Shown: positions 31,917 to 42,329, numbered from the stretch's first letter. The stretch is DNA of 64,000 nucleotides from an uncultured Clostridium sp. (GCA_900552555.1 URZW01000002.1:13760-77759), one strand, 5' to 3'. Numbers and translations: made by a program. The notes: generated by a model from the sequence alone, not told the origin.

Positions 31917-33634
31917 TGAAAAAGAAAATAATCATAGCACTAATAATAATCATAGCAATAATAGCATCAACAGCTATAATAGTAAACAAAATAAAAATAG
32001 AAAACAGAAAATATGAAATAGCACAAATAAACGAATACAAATATTTAATATCAAAAGAAAACGAAAAATACGGAGTAATAAACACAAACGGAGACACAAT
32101 AATAGAAACAAAATATGACGATATAAAAATACCAAATCCAGAAAAAGCAGTATTTATATGCTATCAAAACAATAGCACAAAAGTACTAAATGAAAAAGGA
32201 GAAGAAATATACACACAATATGAAAACATTCAGCCACTAAGACTACAAAATGTATTAAGTGATTTAATGTATGAAAAAACAACATTAAAATACGAAAAAG
32301 ACGGGAAATTTGGAATTATAGATATAGATGGAAATAAAATAACAAATGCAATATATGATGATATAGATACACTTCAATTTAAAGAAGGAGAACTTTTAGC
32401 AAAAGAAGAAGGAAAATATGGAGTTATAAATATAAAAGGTGTGACATTAGTAAAACCACAATATGATGGAATAAATGCAGACAGATATTATGAAGAAGGA
32501 ACTGGTTATAAAAAAGCTGGATATATTGTAAGCAAAACAACAGATGAAGGATATAGATATGGATATGTAAACCTTAAAGAAAAACAAATAATAGATAACA
32601 AATATAATGATTTATATAGAATAACAGACATAAATAGTGAAAACATATATATAATATGTGCAGAAAATGGACAATATGGATTAATAAAAAATGGGAAAAA
32701 AGTTACCAATAATGAATATCAATCATTAATTTACAATGAAAGTAATAACACAATAACAGCACTAAAAGGAAAAAAATATGGAGTAATATCAACAGAAGGA
32801 AAAATACTTGTACCATTTGAATATAAACAAATAGACACAACAGGAGAATATATATATGCAACAGCAGATGATGAAAATATAAAAATATTTGATGCAAACG
32901 GAAATGAGGCAAATATAGATTCAAATTTAGCAATCTTAAATATTGAAAATACAAACTATGAAATATATATAAATACCCAAGAAGGAAAAACAAAATATAC
33001 TGTATATAAAGACGGAACAGCAGTTACAAAAAAAGAATATGTTTATATAGAATATTTATATGACAATTATTTTATAGCTTGTAATGCAGATGGTAAATTA
33101 GGAATTATTGATGATAAAGATAACACAAAAGTAGCATTTAATTATAATTCAATACAAAAAATAGAAGGAACAGATTTAATACAAACATACCAAAATGATA
33201 ATGAGACAACAGAAATATATTCAAAAGAAATGAAAAAGATAAGTTCATTAGTAAAAGCAAATGTTGATAAATATACAGACTACATAAAATTATATAATGA
33301 TGATGAAACAAAATATATTTTAAAAGATGGAAAAGAAGTTCAAAATACAGAGTTATTTAAAGATAATAAAATTTTTGCAAATAAATGGAACGGTAAATGG
33401 GGATTTGTAGATAAATCAGGAAATAAAGTAGTTGATTATAAATATGATAAAGTAACTGAAGTTAATAAATATGGGTTTGCAGGCATTAAGCAAAATGATA
33501 AATGGGGAATTATTGATAGTAATGGAAAAATTATTTTAGAACCAAAATATAAATTAACAGATTCAGAACCAACATTTATTGGAGAGTATTATCAAGTAAA
33601 ATATGGAAATGGAGAAGTATATTATACAAAATAG
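31917..33634 (+). CDS. WG-repeat (KWG/WG_beta_rep) containing protein with N-terminal membrane anchor
   Basis: Repeated K(Y/W/F)G(V/I)I(N/D)..G..I..P.YD.I units more than 8 times; RBS aagggag before ATG 31917 (the longer ORF begins 31889). Confidence 0.7.
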
Positions 33635-33670
33635 TTATTCGTTTTACAAAAATATAAAATTTATTTTATT

Positions 33671-33707
33671 AAGAAACATGAAAAAATACAAATCATGTTT
33701 CTTTTTT
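33671..33707 (+). terminator. Rho-independent terminator aagaaacatg/catgtttctt + T-run
   Basis: 10-bp perfect stem. Confidence 0.65.
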
Positions 33708-33883
33708 AAATTCACAGACTTATTATATTTGATATAAAAAGTAAAATTTATTGTTTTGAATTACGGATTTTTTTATTGTAACAAAAACAAGTTTAAATGA
33801 ATAAAAAATAGTAAATAATAAAGAAAAAAGGCAAGGTTGAAAATTTAAATTTTTTCAAATCTAATTTGTGCCTTTAGAAGGGA

Positions 33884-34756
33884 ATGAAATTAAAAATGAA
33901 ATTGGGATTGGCATTATCTGGAGGGGGAATAAGAGGAATAGCACATGCAGGAGTATTAAAAGCATTAGAAGAAAATAATATAAAAATAGATGCAATAGGA
34001 GGTACAAGTTCAGGTAGTATAATAGCAACACTATATGCTATGGGATATTCACCATATTATATTTACATATTGTTCAAAAAATATGCAAAAGACTTAGTAA
34101 ATCAAAATGCAATATCAAAAGTCACAAACATAGGAAACTTCATGGCAAATAAAAAAACAAATTTTCAAGGATTTTATTCTGGAGAAGAAATAGAAGAATG
34201 TTTTAATAATATAGCATCACGAAAAGGAATAAAGACAATATCAGATATAAAAATGCCAATTGTAATTCCAACAGTAGATGTTCAAAATTCAAAAAAGTAT
34301 ATAATTACAAATAATATACCAGAAAAGATTTGTACAAATACAGAATATATAAATAATATAGAAATTGGGAAAGCAATTAGAGCAAGCTGCAGTTTTCCAG
34401 TAGTTTTTAGTCCATGTGAGTATAATGAACATAAATTTTTGGATGGTGGAATATTAGATAATTTTCCAACAATTGAAGTAAGACATCAAGGTGCTGATAA
34501 AATGTTAACGGTTAATTTTAAGGCAGATGATATTGAAGAGAGTAGCAATATTATGGATATTGTTATGAGAACTATTGATATTATGGGAAATAAGATATCA
34601 GAAGAAAATATAAGTAATAGTGATATGGTTTTGACTATTCAAACCGATAAAACGGGTTTGTTGGAAACTGAAAAATTGGATGCTTGTTATAAATATGGAT
34701 ACAGGCAAACTATAAATCAAATTGATAAAATTAAAGATATGATAAATGATAATTAA
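33884..34756 (+). CDS. patatin-like phospholipase (second paralog)
   Basis: SGGGIRG, GTSSGS (GxSxG), DGG. Confidence 0.8.
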   Translation: MKLKMKLGLALSGGGIRGIAHAGVLKALEENNIKIDAIGGTSSGSIIATLYAMGYSPYYIYILFKKYAKDLVNQNAISKVTNIGNFMANKKTNFQGFYSGEEIEECFNNIASRKGIKTISDIKMPIVIPTVDVQNSKKYIITNNIPEKICTNTEYINNIEIGKAIRASCSFPVVFSPCEYNEHKFLDGGILDNFPTIEVRHQGADKMLTVNFKADDIEESSNIMDIVMRTIDIMGNKISEENISNSDMVLTIQTDKTGLLETEKLDACYKYGYRQTINQIDKIKDMINDN

Positions 34757-34774
34757 TATTAATATAATTAATGA

Positions 34775-34985
34775 TATGTACTGTTGATACTATATATGTT
34801 TTTATAATTTACTCGGTTCAATACACAATATAAGAATTTCTAAAATAAATTTATGGCACCCTTCCACTTAGTCCTCACTTCGTTAGACGTGAACTCTTTC
34901 CATAAATTTATTTAAAAAATTCTAATATTGCTTCAATCACATTCGTAAATTATAAAAACATATATAGTATCAACAGTATTCATAA
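34775..34985. repeat. palindromic element copy 2 (truncated core bounded by 28-30 bp inverted repeats)
   Basis: ctgttgatactatatatgtttttataat / attataaaaacatatatagtatcaacag flank a core about 90% identical to 9436-9580. Confidence 0.8.
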
Positions 34986-35077
34986 TTAATAATTAGTAAT
35001 ATTAAATTCCGGAAGTATCAAATGTAATAAATTTGAATATAATATACAAAATTATTATACAGAAAAGAGGAAAAGTT

Positions 35078-36205
35078 ATGGAAGTCAGGTATTTTGATAA
35101 TAGTGCAACAACAAGAATAAAAGAAGAGGTTTTAACCGAAATGTTCCCATATCTGAGCCGAGAATACGGAAACCCATCATCATTATACAGCATAGGAAGA
35201 AAATCAAAAAGAGCAATAGAAGAAGCAAGAAAAAGAGTAGCATCATTAATAAATTGCAAACCAGAAGAAATATATTTTACAAGTTGTGGGTCTGAAAGTG
35301 ACAATACAGCATTAAAAGGAATAGCCTATGCAAATCAAAATAAAGGCAAGCACATTATCACATCAAAAATTGAACATCCAGCAATATTACATAGTTGCCA
35401 AAACCTAGAGAGTAAAGGCTTTGAAGTAACATATTTAGATGTAGACAAAAATGGATTTGTAAATTTAGAAACATTAGAAAATTCAATAAGAACAGATACA
35501 ATTTTGATAAGCATAATGTTTGCAAATAATGAAATAGGAACAATAGAACCAATAGAAGAAATTGCAAAAATTGCACACAAAAACGGAATAATTTTTCACA
35601 CAGATGCAGTTCAAGCATGTGGAAATATCCCAATAGATGTTCAAAAGCTTGATATAGATATGCTTTCTTTATCAGGACATAAAATATATGCTCCAAAGGG
35701 AATAGGGGCTTTATATGTAAAAAAAGGAATTGAGTTTGAACGTTTTATGGATGGAGGACATCAAGAAAAAAATAAAAGGTCTGGAACAGAAAATGTTGCA
35801 GAAATAGTTGCACTAGGAAAAGCCTGTCAAATAGCAGAAAAGAACATGGAAACATATCAAAATAAACTACAAACTTTAAGAAATTATTGTCTAGAAAAAA
35901 TGAAAAAAAGTTTTCCCAATATCCATATAAATGGAACAATGGAAAAACGATTACCAGGAAATATAAATATTAGTTTTGAAGGACAAAACGCAACGGAAAT
36001 GCTATATAAATTGGATGAGATGGGAATTTGTGCATCAGGAGGTTCAGCATGTTCTTCAGGTGATAATAGCCCATCACATGTACTAACTGCAATTGGTTTG
36101 CCAAGTGAATTAGCAAAAGGTGCAATTCGTTTTACATTTGGAGATTTTAACACCAAAGACGATGTAGATTATCTAGTAAAAATGTTAGAAAAAATTTTAA
36201 ATTAA
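35078..36205 (+). CDS. cysteine desulfurase (NifS/IscS family, PLP-dependent)
   Basis: MEVRYFDNSATT..., PLP-lysine region SLSGHKIYAPKGIGALYV, C-terminal catalytic Cys loop GGSACSSG. Confidence 0.9.
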   Translation: MEVRYFDNSATTRIKEEVLTEMFPYLSREYGNPSSLYSIGRKSKRAIEEARKRVASLINCKPEEIYFTSCGSESDNTALKGIAYANQNKGKHIITSKIEHPAILHSCQNLESKGFEVTYLDVDKNGFVNLETLENSIRTDTILISIMFANNEIGTIEPIEEIAKIAHKNGIIFHTDAVQACGNIPIDVQKLDIDMLSLSGHKIYAPKGIGALYVKKGIEFERFMDGGHQEKNKRSGTENVAEIVALGKACQIAEKNMETYQNKLQTLRNYCLEKMKKSFPNIHINGTMEKRLPGNINISFEGQNATEMLYKLDEMGICASGGSACSSGDNSPSHVLTAIGLPSELAKGAIRFTFGDFNTKDDVDYLVKMLEKILN

Positions 36206-37794
36206 AAATTTTTTCTCGCAATTGCAGCAATTGCACATTTAATACCATCAACAGAAGCAGACATTATACCACCAGCATAACCAGCCCCCTCACCACAAGG
36301 GTAAATTCCACTGATATTAGAAACTAAATTTTCATCTCTTAAAATTCTTACAGGAGAAGAACTGCGAGTTTCCATACCTGTTAAAATACTATCTGGATTT
36401 GCAAAACCATGTAATCTAGTATCAAAAAATTTAATACCATCTTTCAAAGTTGTTGAAACAAATTCAGGCATAATATCATTTAAATTAGATAAAGTAACAC
36501 CAGGTTTATAAGATGGCTCAACAGTACCTATAAAGGTGCTGTTTATATTTTTATCAAAATCTTCAAATCTTTGTATTGGTGCAAAATAATTTGAACCACC
36601 AAGGACAAAAGCCTTTTCTTCCAAATCTTTTTGAAAATCAATACCAGACAAGGGATTCTTGCTATCTTTAAAATCATCAGGAGTTACATTAACCAAAACA
36701 GCAGAATTTGCATTTTTTCCATTACGAGCAAAGTAACTCATACCATTAGTTACAATAGTTTTTTCTTCACTTGAAGAAGGCATAACAGTACCACCTGGAC
36801 ACATGCAAAAAGTATAACAAGAACGTCCAGAAGGAGCATGATATGCGAGTTTGTAATCAGCAGATGGTAATTTCAATTTAGTCAAAGTTCCATATTGAGC
36901 CTTATTTATTTCAATTTGTAAATGTTCAATTCTAACACCAACAGAAAAGTTTTTTGGTTCTAACAAAAGACCTTTTTCATAAACTTTTTTAAATGTATCT
37001 CTTGAACTATGACCGATTGCAAGAATAACAACATTTGCGTCAATTTTTTCTGTTGTATCAGTATCTAAATGATTTACAATAATTTTAGAAACAGAACTGT
37101 TAGTATTTTCTAAATCAATAAATTTTGTATTAAATAAGAAAATGCCTCCTTGAGAAATAATATAATTTCTCATATTTTTAATAATATTTACTAAATTATC
37201 TGTACCAATATGTGGTTTAGTTAAATATAAAATTTGTTCAGGAGCACCAAATTTAACAAACTCTTCTAAAACTGTTTTACAATAAGGCGAATTTATGCCA
37301 GATGTGAGTTTTCCATCAGAAAAAGTACCAGCACCACCTTCACCAAATTGTACATTAGAATTGGTGTTCAAAATACCATTATTTATAAAATTATCAACAG
37401 TTTTTTTACGCTTTTCAACCTGCTCACCTTGTTCTATAACAATTGGCTTATATCCATACTTAACAAAAGTCAAAGCAGCAAATAAACCACTAGGACCTGC
37501 ACCAACTATTACAGGTCTAACAGATTTATTTAGATTTAATTCAAATTGTGGTTGTTCTAATTTTTTGATTAAAGAAATGTCTTTGTTTTTCAAAAACTTT
37601 TCTTCATTTTTTACAAAAATATCAATAGAATATGAATAATGTACATCATTTTTTTTCCTTGCATCTATTGATTTTTTTGATAGGTGCCACTCAGTAATAT
37701 TTTCCCTTTGAATTTTATATTTTTTTATTGCTGTTTGCAAAACTTCTTCATCTGTTATGTCTTTATATATTTTTATATTACTTATTCTTATCAT
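36202..37794 (-). CDS. FAD-dependent oxidoreductase (COG2509-like uncharacterised FAD-dependent dehydrogenase)
   Basis: Dinucleotide-binding VIVGAGPSGLFAA, GGAGTFSDGKL, C-terminal GEGAGYAGGIMSA. Confidence 0.75.
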   Translation of the reverse strand: MIRISNIKIYKDITDEEVLQTAIKKYKIQRENITEWHLSKKSIDARKKNDVHYSYSIDIFVKNEEKFLKNKDISLIKKLEQPQFELNLNKSVRPVIVGAGPSGLFAALTFVKYGYKPIVIEQGEQVEKRKKTVDNFINNGILNTNSNVQFGEGGAGTFSDGKLTSGINSPYCKTVLEEFVKFGAPEQILYLTKPHIGTDNLVNIIKNMRNYIISQGGIFLFNTKFIDLENTNSSVSKIIVNHLDTDTTEKIDANVVILAIGHSSRDTFKKVYEKGLLLEPKNFSVGVRIEHLQIEINKAQYGTLTKLKLPSADYKLAYHAPSGRSCYTFCMCPGGTVMPSSSEEKTIVTNGMSYFARNGKNANSAVLVNVTPDDFKDSKNPLSGIDFQKDLEEKAFVLGGSNYFAPIQRFEDFDKNINSTFIGTVEPSYKPGVTLSNLNDIMPEFVSTTLKDGIKFFDTRLHGFANPDSILTGMETRSSSPVRILRDENLVSNISGIYPCGEGAGYAGGIMSASVDGIKCAIAAIARKNF

Positions 37795-37942
37795 TTTTTA
37801 TCCTTTCAAATTTTAAAGTTTTCAATATGAAATATATGAATATTGTATTTTGAAAATTATTATATTTAAAATTTAATATATTATATAATTTTATTTCAAT
37901 AAAGTAAAGCTAGTGTACCATATTGATACACCAGCTAGAAGC

Positions 37943-38248
37943 CTACAGAGACGAAATAAATATTCCGTTATGATAGATATAAATATTTCCAAAGAAAATA
38001 TTCATATCATAGTCAAATGGAAGTGGAGCTTTCATGTTTGATGTAAAGGCAAGTCTTTCCAGTGTATTAATACCTCTTGAAAATGAAGTAGATATTATAG
38101 CTGAGCCTTTACTATTGATTGTGTTTTGAATTTGAATAGCTAAAAGCTTTTCAAATTTATCCAATCCCGGTACATATCTCCGATTCGCCTGTGCTTCTAT
38201 TTTGTCAGACCACCAATTGGCAGCCTTCTGGGAACAATTACTTACCAT
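37943..38248 (-). CDS. hypothetical protein (higher-GC gene)
   Basis: Strong RBS aaaggagg 8 nt before ATG; locally elevated GC; no family recognised. Confidence 0.5.
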   Translation of the reverse strand: MVSNCSQKAANWWSDKIEAQANRRYVPGLDKFEKLLAIQIQNTINSKGSAIISTSFSRGINTLERLAFTSNMKAPLPFDYDMNIFFGNIYIYHNGIFISSL

Positions 38249-38473
38249 AATGTAACCTCCTTTTGCTATTAATAATTGTTTTTACTGCAAATCTTATATA
38301 TATTATAGCACAATAATCAAAATAAAACAAATTATGTAAATAAAATGTAATAATAATAGTGATAAAATATTGAAAATAAAAAAATAAATGATATAATATA
38401 CAAATAAAATATGATTTAACAAAAGAACATTTATGAAGAAGAAAAAATATAAATTAAATATAAAGGAGAAATT

Positions 38474-39307
38474 ATGGCTGTACCAAATGTAGAAGATTTA
38501 TCTATTGAAATATTAAATAATATGCAAGAAAATGTAGAATATACAAGGAAATATATAATAGATGAACAAAGGACAAGATTAATGGTTAAAAAAGAAGAAG
38601 AAAGTAAATTTCAATTTGTAATTGGTTTTGCTATAACCAGACTTTGGAATTTGGGAATGATAACAAAGATAAGTAGAGGGATATATAAAATTACTAATCT
38701 GGGAAATGAACAGGTAAGAAGAAATACAGAAGAATTAAAGAAAAGATTAGCAGAATATAATATTGGCGTAAAAGATGCTAGAGTTATAGCCTATAAAATT
38801 TTTAAAAATGCAAATAACAAATTTTTAAAAGAAGAAAGAGAAAACATTAATCGTAATATATCAGAAAGAAACCTTTGTCAAAATCTAGCAAATTATTTAA
38901 GTGAAAGTATGAAGAATTACGGAATAAAAGGATATTTTGCAGATGTTGAATTTGATAGAAATGGTGATATGGTAAAAACTATAATAAACAATGAAATGAA
39001 AATAATAAAAATAGAATGTGATCTCATAGTACATAGTAGAGGAAATAATAAAAAACAGGATAATTTAATTGCAATAGAGATGAAAAAGACTACCAATAGA
39101 AAAAAAAGAAAAGAAGATAGAGAAAGACTAAAATATATGACTAAAAATACATATAATAATGAAATATATTATGAAGAGCTACCGAGACACATTTGTAGAT
39201 ATGCAATAGGAATTTTTTATGATATAGATATAAAAAAGCAACAAGTGAATTTAGAATATTATGAGGATGGAAAATTGAAAAAAAATGAAATAGTAAGATA
39301 CAAATAA
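38474..39307 (+). CDS. Mrr-like type IV restriction endonuclease candidate (Mrr_N winged helix + PD-(D/E)XK core)
   Basis: N-terminal pattern KFQFVIGFAITRLWNLGMITKISRGIYKITNLG is typical of Mrr_N. The C-terminus carries D...ECDLIVH...IAIEMKK (D / ExK) motifs. Confidence 0.5.
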   Translation: MAVPNVEDLSIEILNNMQENVEYTRKYIIDEQRTRLMVKKEEESKFQFVIGFAITRLWNLGMITKISRGIYKITNLGNEQVRRNTEELKKRLAEYNIGVKDARVIAYKIFKNANNKFLKEERENINRNISERNLCQNLANYLSESMKNYGIKGYFADVEFDRNGDMVKTIINNEMKIIKIECDLIVHSRGNNKKQDNLIAIEMKKTTNRKKRKEDRERLKYMTKNTYNNEIYYEELPRHICRYAIGIFYDIDIKKQQVNLEYYEDGKLKKNEIVRYK

Positions 39308-39383
39308 ATGAATGAAACAATGTTCTAATACAACCCCCACACGAATACAATTAAACAAAAGTATTCATATGGGGGTTAGCTTT

Positions 39384-39644
39384 ATGAAAGGTATATCAAT
39401 AGACGAACGTGCAATAGAACTAGCACGATATATAATAGATTCAAAAGATACAGTAAGAGGAGCAGCCAAAAAATTTGGAATAAGTAAAAGCACAGTGCAC
39501 AAAGACGTATCTGAAAGACTAAAAAAAATAAACCCAAGTTTAGCAATGCAAGTAAGAATAATACTAGACGAAAATAAAGCAGAAAGACACATAAGAGGAG
39601 GAATGGCAACAAAATTAAAATACAGTCATCTGAAAGAAGGATAA
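39384..39644 (+). CDS. spoIIID: SpoIIID-like small HTH transcription regulator
   Basis: FGISKSTVHKDVSERLKKINPSLAMQVRIILDENKAERHIRGGMATKLKY closely matches the SpoIIID signature. Start chosen at MKGISID with RBS gggggt; the longer ORF begins 39312. Confidence 0.8.
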   Translation: MKGISIDERAIELARYIIDSKDTVRGAAKKFGISKSTVHKDVSERLKKINPSLAMQVRIILDENKAERHIRGGMATKLKYSHLKEG

Positions 39645-39694
39645 GAGAACGAAATACAAAAGAAAAATAAATTAGAATTTATAGAAAAAATAAT

Positions 39695-39730
39695 AAAAAA
39701 ATAGCACATACAAAATGTGCTATTTAAAAA
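39695..39730. terminator. bidirectional terminator tagcacat/atgtgcta flanked by A- and T-runs
   Basis: Between convergent spoIIID and veg. Confidence 0.55.
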
Positions 39731-39736
39731 TACTAA

Positions 39737-40039
39737 TTATAATAAAACTTCAGCTTTCTTTCTTTTTGTTTCAACCGGTGGTGGAATTAAAGGACTATAA
39801 GCCTCTCCATCATAAACATCAACTTCAACAGTTCTAGTTAAAACATCAGTATAACTGTAAGTTACATTTCTATTATTTTCTTCATATCTAACAACAAAAA
39901 TATTAGGATATGCTTTTTCTATTGTTGCTTCTTTTGCAAATGTTCTACTTCTACCAAGAGAACCCTTTACTATTATCTTTTGACCCACTTTCTCCAAGAT
40001 GTCAGTTTTTAGATTTGATATATCTGTTTTACAAATCAT
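39737..40039 (-). CDS. veg: Veg protein (DUF1021)
   Basis: GSLGRSRTFAKEATIEKAYPNIFVVRYEE...YSYTDVLTRTVEV matches Veg. Confidence 0.8.
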   Translation of the reverse strand: MICKTDISNLKTDILEKVGQKIIVKGSLGRSRTFAKEATIEKAYPNIFVVRYEENNRNVTYSYTDVLTRTVEVDVYDGEAYSPLIPPPVETKRKKAEVLL

Positions 40040-40068
40040 GCTATCACCTACTCCCTTAAGATAGCTTG

Positions 40069-40097
40069 ATTATAGCATTTATTACGAAAATTGTCAA
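40069..40097 (-). promoter_or_regulatory. perfect consensus sigmaA promoter TTGACA-N17-TATAAT driving veg
   Basis: Minus strand reads ttgacaattttcgtaataaatgctataat, about 30 nt upstream of the veg ATG. Confidence 0.7.
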
Positions 40098-40110
40098 AAA
40101 AACTTTGTTT

Positions 40111-40140
40111 GCACAAAAGGTCTATTTTTATTGATATATC
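40111..40140. promoter_or_regulatory. perfect 30-bp AT-rich palindrome CTATTTTTATTGATATATCAATAAAAATAG (candidate operator or weak terminator)
   Basis: Exact dyad symmetry between the Pveg -35 region and the yabG 3' end. Confidence 0.5.
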
Positions 40141-40191
40141 AATAAAAATAGGAAATAAATCATATAATATTACATTTAGATTACATTTATG

Positions 40192-41034
40192 TTACATAAT
40201 TGTCATTCGGCCATTAGACCCAATGCCACCAATGCCTTTTTTACCATCTCGTATTTCTCTAGTCACATCATCAACAGTTATAAACTTATATCTTTCAGTA
40301 GTAGCAACTTTTTCAGCAATTATAAGAGGATCCAAAAAATCGATTAAGATTCGAGCGGGTGAGGATGCAAAATTTGCACCAGCCATCATAATAGCTTCAA
40401 AATAACTTTGGCAAGCACCAGCAAAAATTACAGTTTCTCTATTATTATCTTTGTCATATTTTCTTGCTTCTTTAACTGTATTTATAAAATGTCTAGAATT
40501 TCTATAATTATAAACATCATTTAAATTAGCCCCCCTTTTTATCATACCATCATGTCCAGTTATTATCAAAATATCTGGTTGATAGATTTTAAGTAATTTA
40601 TATACAACGCGAGGCTGTTTATATTCAGGAATATTTTTTACAATTGCATTTAATCCCATTTTTTTATAATAATTGTAGGATTTTTGTGAGTATCTTTTAT
40701 CACCATCTAGGTGTAAAATTTTTCCGGTTATAATTTTTTGTCTTAATTGTTGATTATCTTCTAAAAAATTAAATCTATATTCTTTTATTTTTTTATCAAT
40801 TCTTGTATTTAATTTATTTTCTTTATTTTTTGTAATGTCTTTTAATTGAATATCGTCCAATAATTCCAAGTCATCTAGGTTGCTGTCTGCTTCAATTCTT
40901 TCATACAAACCACATAATATAGCAATAGATTTAGAAGAGGTTTTTATTATTCTTTTTACATAGAATATAATGTCTTTTCCATAAGATTTTCTAGCTACTA
41001 TATCTCCTTTTTTTATCTTTTTCACATTAATCAC
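40192..41034 (-). CDS. yabG: sporulation-associated protease YabG (peptidase U57)
   Basis: IITGHDGMIKRG and IFAGACQSYFEAIMMAGANFASSP blocks. Confidence 0.8.
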   Translation of the reverse strand: MINVKKIKKGDIVARKSYGKDIIFYVKRIIKTSSKSIAILCGLYERIEADSNLDDLELLDDIQLKDITKNKENKLNTRIDKKIKEYRFNFLEDNQQLRQKIITGKILHLDGDKRYSQKSYNYYKKMGLNAIVKNIPEYKQPRVVYKLLKIYQPDILIITGHDGMIKRGANLNDVYNYRNSRHFINTVKEARKYDKDNNRETVIFAGACQSYFEAIMMAGANFASSPARILIDFLDPLIIAEKVATTERYKFITVDDVTREIRDGKKGIGGIGSNGRMTIM

Positions 41035-41149
41035 CTCATAAATTTGGGCTAGTATATTTTATGTCGAAAAATGTGGAATTGTTACAATTTGTTGAATTCA
41101 AAAGAATATTGCATTATAATAGTTTGATTGCTAAGTATTGGAAGTTGCT

Positions 41150-41520
41150 ATATTCCTATGGAGACATCTTTTTTGTAAGTATGTATTGTTCATTACGTTC
41201 AAAAAGAAAATCTAATATAAAAAAATAAGACTCTCTCACTCAGGCAAAAAATATATATGTATATGGTTTTAGAATTTTTGAATGTGATTGAAGCAATATT
41301 AAAATTTCTTAAATAAATTAATGGAAAGAGTTCACTTTAGTGGAAGGGTGCCATTAATTTATTTTAGAAATTATTATGTTGCGTATTGAACCGAAAAAAT
41401 TATAAAACCATATACATATATATTTTTTCCGTGAGCATTCCTCATTTTTTTATATAATATTTTCTATTTTTCACTTCAATCAAACATACATACTTACAAA
41501 AAAGATGTCTCCCTATGAAT
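41150..41520. repeat. palindromic element copy 3 (inverted orientation, full core, different flanking inverted repeats)
   Basis: Core reverse complement is about 90% identical to 9348-9640. Flanks: cctatggagacatcttttttgtaagtatgtat / atacatacttacaaaaaagatgtctccctatg. Confidence 0.85.
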
Positions 41521-41645
41521 ACAAAACTTTCAACACTTAATAAATCCAAATACCACAAAATTACTTGCAAAATCTGTAAAATGTTATATAATATATACAC
41601 ACAGGCAAAATAGAAAACAAAACCTGAAGAAAGGGATGCAATAAA

Positions 41646-42329
41646 TTGGAAAAAAAGAACTTAGAAGAACTAGAAAAAAATATAGGATATAAATTTAAAA
41701 AAATAGAATTATTACAAAATGCACTAACACACACATCATATGCATATGAACACGGAATACAAAGCAACGAAAAACTAGAATTTTTAGGAGACAGCATACT
41801 AGAATTTGTATCAAGTGAATATATGTACAATAAATATTTAAATTTAAAAGAAGGACAATTAACAAAAGTAAGAGCAACAGTAGTATGTGAAAAAAGTTTG
41901 TACAAAATAGCAACAGCACACAACTTTGGAAAATTTTTATATTTAGGAAAATCAGAAATAAAATCAGGTGGAAATAAAAGACCTGCAATATTAGCTGATA
42001 GTGTAGAAGCAGTTATTGCAGCAATTTTTATAGATGGTGGACTAGAACCTGCAAAAAAATTCATCATAGAAAACCTAAAAAATGAAATAGAAGTTGCAAC
42101 AAAACATGTAGGAGAAAAAGATTATAAAACTGTATTGCAAGAAGAATTGCAAAAAAATGGAGATGTAAAAATAGAATATACAATAATAAAAGAATCAGGA
42201 CCAGACCACAACAAATCATTTGAAGCAGAGGTTGCCTTAAATGGAAAAATTTTAGCAACAGGAAAGGGAAAAAGCAAAAAAGAAGCAGAGATGCAGGCTG
42301 CCAAAAAAGCATTAGAAAACAAAAACTAA
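41646..42329 (+). CDS. rnc: ribonuclease III
   Basis: RNase III signature ERLEFLGDSILE; C-terminal dsRBD. Confidence 0.9.
   Translation: MEKKNLEELEKNIGYKFKKIELLQNALTHTSYAYEHGIQSNEKLEFLGDSILEFVSSEYMYNKYLNLKEGQLTKVRATVVCEKSLYKIATAHNFGKFLYLGKSEIKSGGNKRPAILADSVEAVIAAIFIDGGLEPAKKFIIENLKNEIEVATKHVGEKDYKTVLQEELQKNGDVKIEYTIIKESGPDHNKSFEAEVALNGKILATGKGKSKKEAEMQAAKKALENKN

Noticed and set aside
40091-40405. 104-aa plus-strand ORF overlapping yabG and the veg promoter region
   Set aside because: It overlaps a well-supported minus-strand gene and the Pveg/palindrome region. It has no RBS or motif.
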